This document shows, in pieces, positions 1 through 12,300 of a DNA stretch of 62,522 bases. The notes beneath the pieces are model-generated. The model was not told the DNA's origin. It did not search any database and was given only the letters and a program-made list of their open reading frames with translations. The DNA comes from Phoronis australis (Eukaryota > Animalia > Phoronida). Each line of letters begins with the position of its first letter. Position 1 is the stretch's first letter. The DNA lies in contig NMRA01000259.1 of NCBI GenBank assembly GCA_002633005.1, positions 216,870-279,391 on the forward strand, given 5' to 3'. The position numbers and the translations under genes are program-made.

Positions 1-792
1 CCCCCCCCAGCGCTGCGCGCCTCAGATTTGCGCTTTGCACGACTCGTCAGTCTCACGAATTTGGACCCCCAATTTTCAAATCCTAGATGAGTCCCTGGTT
101 GGGTAGGCCAAAATGTCGCACAAGAGAAGGAGCTAAAAGGCATTTAAGTTGCGGTTAAAACTAATTTACATTGCCTTATATTTTATGACTATAAAGAGTA
201 TAAAAACCCACCGGCAGGCGTGGGGAAAATAAGCTACATGCATTAGCCTTTTCATTTGACTATTCGGATAAAACTGATGCTCACTGAGATTTAGTGATGG
301 ATGACCGTCACCTACTTTTCTTAACTGGCTGCCCTCAGAGGTCTCAGACACCAGAAAAAGACTAACTTACTTGTTTTTCTGTCTCAGAAACCATTCTTTA
401 TCCTAGTCACCTGTGTTCAACAAATCAAAACGCGCTGTTACACTCTGACTGCTGCGGTACGAAACTCTGATGTTCCACCGTTCACAAACTCTGAGAAACT
501 GAGTAACAATGGTAGTAATAATGCGCTCTTGATTTTCATGAGGGCTTTAGAGGACTTGCTTATGGGCCTCGGAGTACCTCGTGACCACACTTACATAAAG
601 AAAAGTGTATCAAGTTATATAAGTTAGGTCAGCCGCACCCTAAAGCTATACGAGACCCTGAAACAAGCAGTGTGATGGTGAAAACGTGGCAATATAGGTC
701 AGCGCTGGCTACAGGCAGGCTGCACTGACGGCAGGGGTGAAAAGGGTAGGATCGATTCGAGATTCATTTAACAATCCAAAATTATTTACTCA

Positions 793-880
793 CATTTCAT
801 TTAGTTATTTACTTTAAGGTAATATTCAAAATGAGGGTGGCTTCTTCAGTGAAAGCACTGCTTTCCGAGGGCCGTCCCTG
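793..880 (-). mobile_element. Short 3'-end remnant of an L2/Crack-like non-LTR retrotransposon or derived SINE
   Basis: Reverse complement (ggaaagcagtg...actga...ccaccctcatt..aatattac.ttaaa + TAAA-rich tail) matches 52355-52444. Confidence 0.55.
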
Positions 881-3800
881 CCTCTAGTTGTGTCTCTAGT
901 TTCACAGCAGATTTTTGTCCCACCATGACGCTCTATTGCCATCACCTTTCCTCAGGTGCCGATCCGCCGGTCGCCACTAGCGCCTATCCCCTTCCCGATT
1001 TTCGTTCATTTCTGAATGATTTCAAGAATCACACCAGCCGATAGATACAAGATCACGTTAATGCGATATTCTGTACAAAAGTTTTCATAGGTTTCGGATA
1101 ACCTTCACTTACAAAATTGCGCCGAGTGGAAGAGGTGACTAAAAGATCGCCTGGCTCAATCCGTGTATCGACAGGGAGCAACATAATAAATCGTAGCGGT
1201 GTATCAAACGTAATTAGCCTAACATTGTGCTATACCTGTCCTGAAACAGTTTGGAAACCGATGAAGTCGCAAGCAAACGGGGTAGGGACAAACCAGGAAA
1301 GTAAAATTTCGCGATGAAAAATTATCACGGTTACTAGTTATTTCATTTGGATACTTATGCAGATACAATAAATAGCGTTTTCAGTAACGATACTCTGTAG
1401 TTTCACAGACACTGAGACAAACAAGACGGCCAAACATAGGTTTTGGAAGAGTTTTGTCCTATTCTAAGTTCTGTATATTCTCCGTACTGTAGAATTAGCT
1501 AGTATTTTAGTTCTGTTCATTTTGTAGATTTTAAATCTGTCGGATAATAGCACTTGTGCTAATGTTTCATTGTTAAGGTTCACCGACTTTTAAATAAAGA
1601 TTATTACATTACATTATACATACATAACGATAGTCGACTCGCCGAAGACCACTGCAGCATCAATGCCTCGACCCGCGTTAGGGGTTCCGCACAAGATATC
1701 AGTTATGATCTCCGAAGATTCATGCGGCAAGTCATTTTCACCCGTACTTTGCGAGTCAAGAACGTAGTCACCCAGTCAACATTTAGTGTTATCTTTGAGT
1801 GGAGGCAATGATTCATGTCTTAATCGCTGCAGGGACTAGTAATATTGTTCGCACTCCAAACCTGAAGTTCAAGGGTCTTGGTGACATAGATTTAGCAGAC
1901 GCTTCATTACTTTGTAAAAATCCAATTTGGCAAACTGGACTCTCCCGCCCATAGCAACTATCAGCTACATGTACAGAAACTGCTTCGTCGATTTCAGTCG
2001 CGGTGACTCTCCTTTCACCGTGTCACCCTGTTGCCATTTTTCCCACACTGCCCATGAACAATACAACAAGAAATTTGAATTTCGCCGACGTTTTCATTTG
2101 TGAAATTGCTCCATTGCAGTCTACTGTGGTAACGAACCCTGTTTAGAACGATAGTAAACAGCAATATTACGTGCCGAGCTACCAAGTCCCCGGTTTCATT
2201 AGTCATTCCCCCGTATATAGCGGAACACAGTTAGCGGCAAGAAATCTTCGCGTGTCTTTAGACACAGTGCCGTAAGATTCTGACGTTGATGAATTCCAAC
2301 AATAGAGAATGTGTGACATGTCGACTCACGTTCAAAGAGTGTGAAAGAACTTAGCGTTACATGTACGTACAGTAGCTCTACCACACGAAGGTGTTCCGGC
2401 CAAAGGCGACCAATTTTAAACCTTAAATTTTTGTTTTACAATATTTCAAATTCCACATTTTCCAAGGCTTGGAATGACCGAAGACAAAAAACAGGAAACA
2501 CCTCCAGGCGATATGTGTATCGTACCACAACTAAAAAGGCTTGTGTGATAGACTGAATATTTTTTGTGTTGTAAAATTGAACAATCGTTTTTATAGAAAC
2601 GAAAAAAGAGGAAACTGGAAATCAAATAATAGGAAATTGAAACCAAAAAGAGGAAATCGTCTTCAAAAGGAAAGTTCCAAGCTCTGATTTTCACGGTACA
2701 GACTTTAAGTCGGGAACGGATTCTTTTAGGCTAACAAGGATCAAATTGTACCAGTGCATGACTTATCAGTAGTGCATCAAGATCATGAGAGGTGAGCAGG
2801 CTGAGACAAATCAGGCCAGACTTAGGCAACTGTAGCACAAGGTTTATTATTCAAATCTCAGGAGAAACAAGTGTAGCCAGTATCACCTTAGGTCGCAGTC
2901 GCAGCGGCGCCGTCGGAAGGAAATGTCCACTGACCTTAGCCCATAACTAGGAACCAGTACTGGTTCCTAGCCCTAAACAACGGCATGCACAGAGATGGCG
3001 TTTTTTGGCCCTGTCCGAGATTTAACGAACTTTGTCCTTCACAGGTTCAAAAATGTGTTTCTCTCAACACAGAAAATGTCGATATGCCAGAAATAACAAT
3101 GTTCACAAGTTTCTACAATTTTATTATCATTTCTCTACGAATAGGCAATGCACGAAATTAAACTTCCACATTCTACAAAAATGTAACATTTACATCACTG
3201 GCGTAGCACCTCGGGTACAGACCAAGGCGGGACTAGAAGTCCCTAAGTCTACTCACTCTGCACAGGCAGGTTGCCCCCCTCCTTGACAGAGGCAGTGTGG
3301 GGGTGGTGGGGGGGAGGGGGGAGAAGGCTGGGGACAACTTCCCCACGGATTGGGCCAAACTGAGTGTGATTTGATCGGGAAAAATAAAAAAACATTTCAG
3401 TCGAGCAAATCTTTCAATTAACGCTTATGAACCGTTACGACCACGTACGTGTCCCCCGATGACTGAATAGTCTGACCTGGTAAAACACTTTTCTGACCAC
3501 AGGCATTTGGTTGAAACCAAATACAAAACAGATTTACAAATCCTATCACAAATGCTTTTGAGTTTACGTGCATTCTAACACCCGTACTGATTAGCCACCT
3601 TTGTATGTGTAGGCCCATTAACATTGAGTAATAGCAACCGGCTGGCTACATGGGGAGAGTTGTAGGGTGACACCTGGCTTACCTCAAAATCCAACTGCAG
3701 CCTGCTAGTTAGATAATTGGCCCACGATGCACTAACAGCTGAATTAATGAGCAATATGCCACTTAAAACTTTCAAAACTAAAATATAAAAAACTATTGTC

Positions 3801-4699
3801 CCCCGTGTGTTCATGATGGGTTTGATTATCTAGAGAACAAAGCATCAGCAGCCTGAGGCGATTTAATTAACTACAGCAGGTGTCTTTGATCAATGCGGGA
3901 AGATTCCGAGGCAGGCAAACCAGTCCAGCTGCCCAGTCTCAAGGGGTGGGGGTGTCAACCCAGGATTCTTTTCGTCTCTCGTTCTCAAGACAATCTGAGT
4001 ACGAAAGATGTGATTCAGCTAAAACCAAAATCTTTCATACCAAATAAAAGTGGTAATTATTCCGAAACCACAAGCTTGTAACGCAGTCATCTAATCCACT
4101 GAAGCTCTATGTTCTCACAACAAAAAGACCCTACCCTAATTCACTCCTCCGGCAATGCAGAATTTCCACTGGTCAGTCAAACAGTGTACAACCCTAGCAG
4201 TTTACAGCTGGCCACAACACCAGCCAACAACAGACGTTCATAGGATGGCCCTCTTGGGCAGTTACAACACTTAGAAGATAATAATAATAATAGCCATCAT
4301 TTACATACCTCTATACAAAAGATACAATTCTGACAGTTTACACTATTGACAGACTGGTAAGATAAATATACATTTGGTCAATCAAATGCTGTCCATATCT
4401 GTATGCATAACATATCAATAACAAGTCACAACTAACAAACAGTATCGTCTTGCCCAATACACAGTACTTATTTTTATATTTACAACACACTATTATGTAC
4501 TCTAGAAATCAGAAATACATCATAGCGAATAACTAAATTGGCAGAAAGATAACATATAATCACATCTCAAAGGGTGCACCCCTTTTCTCTTTTTCACAGT
4601 AATTATCCCTGAAAGTATCAAAACATCCAGTTGTGTACCTTTAAACTAATCACAATTTCTTTTCATTACATCTGACAACACACACAAATGAAGCGTGTT

Positions 4700-4970
4700 C
4701 ATGCGCGCACCCAGCCTAAAATATAGGGGGCTCGAATTTTTCGATATGCGGACCTTTTATTGACAAAAATCAACGAGGACTAAAAAAAACGGGGCCACTA
4801 GGTTCAAGCCTACAAATTGTGCATCCGCGCAGAATTCCTGTGGACTTTGTGGACTTTTGTCTCATTTACTGGGACTTTTTGTTTCGCTGAGGCGGACCTT
4901 TTTGTCAAATTCACCAAATTGGTGGGCTCATTCGAGCTCCCCGAGCCCCCCCCCCCTGGGTGCGCCCATG
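4700..4970. mobile_element. 271-bp MITE with 15-bp TIRs and a 5-bp TSD (hAT5-like by TSD length)
   Basis: CATGCGCGCACCCAG ... CTGGGTGCGCCCATG (14/15 inverted match); GTGTT directly on both sides (4695-4699, 4971-4975). Confidence 0.8.
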
Positions 4971-5225
4971 GTGTTCAATTTGAACTGACTATTGCACAGT
5001 CAACACGCCAACTATATCCATCACAAGGTATTCAAAGTATTGCACAACAGAATGTCGTCCTAGTGACTGAACCTAGACAAGCTTCCAGGTTTCACATATA
5101 ATGTATCAGTGAAGCACCCCCTGTAGTCCGCCTGGGGAACTAAACAACAAACACGACAACCATGTGACCAGCACGTGAATGAAACGAGGCACCAGGTAAG
5201 TAATAACCAGCTCCTTACGGTTAAC

Positions 5226-5717
5226 TAGGACCCTAGAAAAATGTCCGAACTTGCCTGACTTCGGAACATCATGCCTCAGAAATTGCCGATTGGAATCCTA
5301 GGAAATTTTCAACAAAATGCTTTGTACATTCCTCTACAAAACGCTGCTTAGAGGTTGTTTTTAAAATGTTGCTATTTTACGAGAGGCGATATAAAAATAG
5401 GACTTGTACAATTTTTCTGAAACTTCAGAAAAGTTGCATAAAACAAAAACGAAATAAGAAAATTTTTACAGCATTTTTGAGATTTCCTCTTGAACACTCA
5501 TAGCAAATGAAATTTCGTCATTTTATAGTATTACTGTTGTTTTGCTATCAGTATACCTTTCTGTTTTACTAAATTTTAGTAAAAATATATGGTCACATGA
5601 CCCAATCAAAATGAGATTGGTATAAACTTAAAAATCAAATTCTACAATCTTTCTACTTTTAGAAAACATATACTTTTACTGAGTTAAAATCTATGGTTTT
5701 GTTGATATCTTGCTTAA
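5226..5717 (+). repeat. Dispersed repeat family A, copy 1 (TAGGACCCTAGAA...AAATCAAATTCTACA...GCTTAA)
   Basis: Shares start, end and internal blocks with 7707-8438 and 25142-25633. Confidence 0.7.
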
Positions 5718-6282
5718 CATACAGCTCCTACATAACCACAGAGGCTCACAAACCCTGGGCTCCCAACATCACCAAACCATATAACTATATCACTTGAAAT
5801 TTGAAGCTTTCTACGTGATTGGTCACTTTTGGAGGCGTGCCTTGAGTAAAGATTGGCGGCTGATAGCCAAGATTTAGCCAATAAGAATTCTCACCCTTAC
5901 AAGATTATAATGCAAGTAGGGTTATACCATATTGGTCCTTTACTACAGTGGAGACAGAACATGAGGTCCTGTTGTCCAAATTCAATTGGCCATTTAACCA
6001 GATTAGAGAATACTGTATGTGCTCACAAGAGGTCAGTTCATCTCATTCTTCATTGTAAACAGTCGAATGTGTCATACAGTAGATGTTAACCAACTCTTAA
6101 ACCAGACAGGTTTTTGCGCCACCTGTTGGTGGCAAATATCTCTTGGCATCAAATCTGTGCTGGTCCAGCCTCAGGGAAACATTAAAAAAATCAAGACCTG
6201 TCAGTGAAAAAACCCCGGTCCAGTAGTGGGCAGGATTCCACCTGTCTTTCAGAGTACAACGTAGAGAAGGGTGTCATGATTG

Positions 6283-6387
6283 CTAACTGGCGTGTGACGA
6301 AGCGGTGCGGGTACCATCTGGTTTGTGGTCCATCCCTGCGGCAACATACGAGAACACACAGAGAACGGCGTAACAGATCTGGTCAGC
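6283..6387 (-). CDS. MADD: MADD canonical terminal coding exon: [34 protein letters not shown]
   Basis: 105 nt, ctccttgcag acceptor, TAG at 6283-6285; ICY.VLC.FSYVAA motif. Confidence 0.96.
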   Translation of the reverse strand, partial: ADQICYAVLCVFSYVAAGMDHKPDGTRTASSHAS

Positions 6388-9300
6388 CTGCAAGGAGATG
6401 AAAGACTCACGTGACTACACTCAGAGTGCGTATAACAGACACCACAGGCAGATAGGTGTTCGAGACGACTGGTTAGATTAATTTGAGTGACATTTTAGCT
6501 GATTTTCACTTGAGCGGTCGACCTAACTCTACCCTAGATCTGCCCACGGACTATTATGTACAAGCAAGTATTGCAACTCACCATAAACTTAAAACCTACT
6601 TTAAACAAATTATAGCCATCTACAATGCCGTCACCCGGAAATCATTTTAACTTTAGAGCTTTTCTATGAGGCGAGCTAGCACTCCTGATTTCACACATTA
6701 AATACACTGTGAACTGGCTGGAGCTCATTGAGAAGTTTGCTTAATGCAAATATATTCGCCTCCACAAACCAAGTTAAAGTTAGCTTCTACATATTTACCA
6801 CTAATACGGGGTTTAAAGCAAAAACAATAACACAACTTTTACACAAAAATTATCAACTTGCGCAACTGCTGTCCAAAAGGCCCATTTCTAAAAGAACTTG
6901 CATTTCATAATCAAACGAGTGACATTAAGTTTTACTCAAAGCAACTTTTAGCAAAAAACTGCGTCAACTAAAACAAAATCAAGTCACTTAGTCACAAGTC
7001 CACTCGCGCATCACCAATGACAACCAATCAACATGAAAAGCCAATTAACTAAACATCCATACAGGCAATACTTAACTAGATGTTAATTTCCGACACACTG
7101 GGCTATTAAATGTTAATGCCTGGCACAGGCAGTGTCAACACAGAGAAAATGACAGTCAATATTGAGCAGGTGACAGATCCCGACAGATTGGTATTAAAAC
7201 CCCTTAAAAGATGAGAAGCTGATGATCACATTGTGATTACAGCGAGGCTTGCTACGGGTGGGATGGACCATATTTTTATGAATTTCATTCGATTCTTTAA
7301 GGAGGAATTCGATCATATTTCGATTCAATTCTTGTTCGTTAAATTGAATCAGATAAAAATTTCACAAACAATAGTACCACTCAAACTAATTTGCGCAACT
7401 TCGCAAAATAACTTTCAAGGCATCATTCAGCTACTATAAACAAACAGTTCGTGTTACAGTTCGAGGCATGTAGTCCTCCCCACACTACAGCTACTTTGCT
7501 CATGAAGGCCTAAAGCATCACCGACACTCAACTATTTACATTGTACTGCACTCACTCAATAAGGAGTTTTCATTCCAACTCACTCCAAACTTTTGAGGTT
7601 TCACAGTGTTGCAGAGCATCATTTTGTTTCTTAGACTTTAGTGATCTAGTCACAGCAAGTATCCGTTAGTAGTCTAAAGCTAGGTTATAGTCTTTTTAAG
7701 TCAATGTAGGACCCTAGAAGAATGTTCAAAATTGGCCAACTTTGGAACATCACAAGAGCTTTCAGACGCTATGGTTTATGCACTTTTCTCAAAAGCACTA
7801 TTAGTAATGAAAATAAAGTTTTAAATTGGATACTTTTGCAATTAAATTATTTTATTTACACGTACCTATGTGTAAAAATAATTACCAATTTTTGTCATTT
7901 CCTTAAGATATTAGAAAGAGAATTTTGGTAATTTAAATGAATACCATGCAAACTGGAGAAACTGGTTAACCATAATTTTTGCCAGACAACATCCTACTAA
8001 AAGTGGGTGGATATGTTGAGGGGGGGGGGTGCGTGTGTGCGTGTGTGTATGTTACGAGTGAGAATGGCTTGTTTTTTTGTCGTAAATGTCTTTGAATTTC
8101 TGTTCTGTATACCAATAAAAAGGAACGTTTTTTCAAATGTTCAACTTTTGCACCAGGGTGTATCAAAACAGCAGAACTTTTATGATTTTTGCCAAAAAAT
8201 CAAAAGTTTTAGAGATATCATCTGTAACATTTATATCAAATAAAATTTGATCAAAGTATTGAAACCACTGTTCTGTTATCAATGTACCACTTTTGCTAAA
8301 TTGTACTAAAACTATTTGGTCACATGGCCCAATTGTTTGGTACAAAATCAAAAATCAAATTCTACAGGTTTGTTACTTTGAGAAAATAAACTTTAAATTT
8401 TAAAATCAATCTCTATAGTTTTGTAAACACTTGGCTAACTACGCGTATCATTCAACAAGTCTTACATAACATTAAGTGATCTAGTCACAGCAAGTATCTG
8501 TCAACAGTCTAAAGCTTGGTTAGAATCTTATTAAATTTAATGCACAAAGGCCGTTACATGTTGTCTGATCATCAAATGATCAAAAACACAAGGCTACTGT
8601 TCTTAAAAAAGTTAACTTGAAAGTGTAGTGAGTTGTTAAACTAGTCCTACCCTGCGCACAACACACTAGTATGCAGTTAGTTTTTTGAACATTACAATCA
8701 CATGACCCTTTGGTTATATCCAGACAGGAACTTGCCCTGGTGCAATATGTCCCAGGAACAAGAGCATCCGGTGCATATGACCATGTGTACAGGGCTGGGC
8801 AGGTTTCTTGCCTGGACACTCAAGTGATTTGGCGGAATTTGTGCTAGGAAAACTGCTTGCCTGGAAATGGCTAAAACTTGCCATTCCAACCAATTGTACA
8901 TGTATCTAAGTCAAAGCATGGCTCAGGATGAACACTTGATTGGATTTGTAGCAAATTGATTGTATGAGAAATTGAGAATTGATACTAGTAAACGCTAGTG
9001 AGTAAAAACAGAACAACACGTATACTGGACATTTATTGCACGAGGACTTTTGTGAGATGCGAGAACCATTTGACTGCCAGATTTAGTTCACTTGCAAATG
9101 AAGGACTGTAGTTTCATTAGCACAGATTCCCAAATTGTGCGTGTGAGGAGGAAAGGGTTATCTAGAGGCCACANGAAAACCCAACGCAATGTTAGAGGTG
9201 ACATGATTTGAACGCTTTCACTAAAGAAATCGGTGTTAGCTGAAAGTCCAACTGTGTTAGTTATGGACTCCGAGGTGTAAAAGAACAAAGCGAGTGTTGC

Positions 9301-12300
9301 AAACCAAGGAACAACCTGAGGTGACCCCCGTCACTCAGCATTACTGTGGAGGGACAAATGAACGGAGATGACACGGTGGAAGGCAAGAACTGCTAGGGGT
9401 CCCTGTTAACAACAAAAGACAAGCGGGTAGAACTCATCAAAAAGCATAGAGGCAGGACTGCGAAGACAATTCCCGGGGGAACGTCTACCGCACCAAACCA
9501 TACCAAGCAAACGCCAGGCAAGACTGACAAATCTTAGGGAGTGTTCACGGTTATCAACAATTTAAACAATTCACTGAGCATGCGCCAGGGAAAAGACGAT
9601 CAAAAAATTTGAAATTTTTGGTGGAAATCATCTGAAAGGAGAGAAAAAGATTTTACAGAAGACAATTATACCTTCTAAGAGGGCAGGCCATAATGATGCT
9701 GAAGCAAAATCTTACCAATCTGGGACTTAAATAACAGCTTTAAATAACAGCCTTAAATAACAGCCAAAATTGATTTAAAGTTAAGTCATTTACGAAGGCT
9801 TCTTACAACGCTTTGAATGCATTGTCTCCCAAAGCATTTATTTGCCTCGTGTATATTATAGCATTTTAAAAAGATAATGCTAATCTTGAAGTGATGAGGT
9901 TTTATAGGTAATATTTCGGAAAAAATCTGGTTATGAGCCATCAGTGCAAGGAAAGTCACAACCCAAAGATGGTGGAAGTCAGAGAACTGTTTCTTGAAAA
10001 GTGACAAGACTTTCAAGTCCAAATTTCTGACTTAAAAGTCACTTGAACGTAAGTGCAAATCTCTGAGAACATGCACATAACTGCTACACTGTGAAGAGCT
10101 CATAATAACGCGACACAAAAAATATTCAGAAATTGTGAAATGGGAGTGCAAATTTCTGTCTTCAATGTAAAGTAACTTTTCGTGAAATAGACGCCAGTGC
10201 CCGGTGGTATGAAACAGATCCATAAATAAGCCCTGGTCTCAGTTCCCTAAATCTTTTGTGCATATAGGCATCTTTCTTTACTTACAAATTTTACGTTACT
10301 TTCTTCATCATTTTATCTTGTTTTCTTTACAATGAACCGTTCTTTGACTAATGACAGTTTCTAATAACATGACCAAAACCTGAGCCCGTGTTTCAGTGAA
10401 TATAAATAGGGACTTAGTCCTTAAAATAGGTGAATTGCAAAAAAGATTCCTACTTATTTTCATTAATTTTTTGAAAATTCAATGAAGAGTTCACTTTCGG
10501 GGAGTATAAAACCAAAAATTTGACTGAATGATAAAATAAAGCAACACAAGACAGGGCAAACCGGTGTTCTGAAAAGTTTACAAATTGTGGTGATAAGTTA
10601 AGGAGCAAAGATGAGTCATTATTTTGGACTGTTTCAATCAAGCAACTGCCCACAGTTTTTCTTTATCAGGACGGCGATCAAACGCCTCCCGATCACCAGA
10701 ATATCAAGAGTTGAATGACAAATATTTACAAAATTTGGTAGTCAATAACAACCAGTAAAGTTAATGGTGATAAGACTACAATTAACACGAGATAATATTA
10801 CAACACCAACTGAAAGTATAAGAATACATTAAGTTCACGAAAAGAAAAGTTGATAACTTTCGTGCAAAAAAAACATTTTAAAAAGTGCAGCAGGCAAATT
10901 TGAATGAGTATTGACAACAAAAATATCTGAATCATACAAATTAAAATTTAGAAAAATTATTCATTTCAAAGAGAAGACAAATGACTCATTAGCACGGGCT
11001 TACCATCGTAGACTTGTACCGTCGAGAGATCACGTGCCTAGTTTGGGGATCTGAATAAAACAAGAATAAGTTAATTTCGCAAAGTCATCCTCATTTTCCT
11101 TATGGGCAACAGAATTTCACCAACCTTCAATGAGAAAACCAACCTCGTTCCTTAGAGCGTACAATCAAATTTGACACAACATAAGTCATACGTGCTGTTT
11201 GTGTGGTTGGTAGGTTCAAGAAGTGTCCTCATCGGGTTAAGTGAATCTGCGTTCCACAAGAGTATCGACCGACAAGAATGAGTTTGTTCTAGCATTAGGG
11301 TTTAATCTCGGCCATACACGGACCACAACATCTTAAGGTCGTACATGTAAGCTAGAACATCAAATCGCCATGGTAACGATTCGGGAAACTAGAGCATTTA
11401 AAACTACGAGGCGGTTGTACAAGTGTCCGCCAACAGTATGTTAAGCAGTCTATTTTGTTTGAGAGACAACATTTGGGCGTGTACAATGGACAAACTATAA
11501 ACAAGCTATTATACATCAAGTGGAGAGTCCAGGTACTGGCAAACATAACTGGTTGAGATGCACGAGAGCACTAAACCATGCTGAGAAAGAACAAAACAAA
11601 AAATGAGACATAAGAATAATAATAATACTCAAACGGGTGTGAACTGAGAGAAGAAAAATAGTGCTAAATTGAATCTTACCAAATTCTTCTAACACAAATA
11701 TGCCGCCTTTCTGAGTGAAACATTTCCTGATTCGTGTAAGTTCAACAAAGAACTGAAAATGAAGAGGGATGAAAACGTTGAGCTGCCATATTTCGCTTGG
11801 TTTTCATCATCAAAAAGACGGTGACGACAGCGAGCGTGCCACAACAAACCGATAAGCGGGCGCACACACACTGATGTGCAGGCACACGCACTGAGTTGAG
11901 AGACAACTAGTGTTAAACACAAAGGTCATTATAAGCTCACTCACACCGACTCAAGGTCAATGAGGTCATACTAAGCAGACTACTAACTAAGGGATGTTCT
12001 AGAACTATCAATAAACAGCAAGTTTGTCCTGCTTGCTTCAACAGTAGGTTGAAGACAGCTTTATCCATTATGCCAATAGGAGCTGGTGAGAACCAATGAC
12101 CAACAGCCCGAGTAAACAAATTTCGGAATTTATGAGAAGGAGGCCTTCGAGCTTTCCGTGAACACCTCCGTCCCTATTGGATACAATTCCCACCACTAAT
12201 ATCTGATAACAATTAGTACTTACACACCTGTGCACTTCAACTGCAAACACCCGAGGGGGGGCTCTCGCACAAGATGGGTTAATAAGGTCGTGCCACTAAC

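Noticed and set aside
1-97. Possible right end of a hAT-type MITE (...AAATCCTAGATGAGTCCCTG)
   Set aside because: The left end lies outside the window, so TIR and TSD cannot be verified.
9554-9631. Strong minus-strand acceptor followed by [25 protein letters not shown]
   Set aside because: No resemblance to the MADD C-terminal helix; an acceptor alone is not enough support.
10020-10100. Minus-strand peptide AVMCMFS resembling the terminal exon's AVLCVFS (possible third terminal exon)
   Set aside because: No phase-0 AG acceptor leads into that frame and there is an in-frame TGA just upstream; probably chance or fully decayed.
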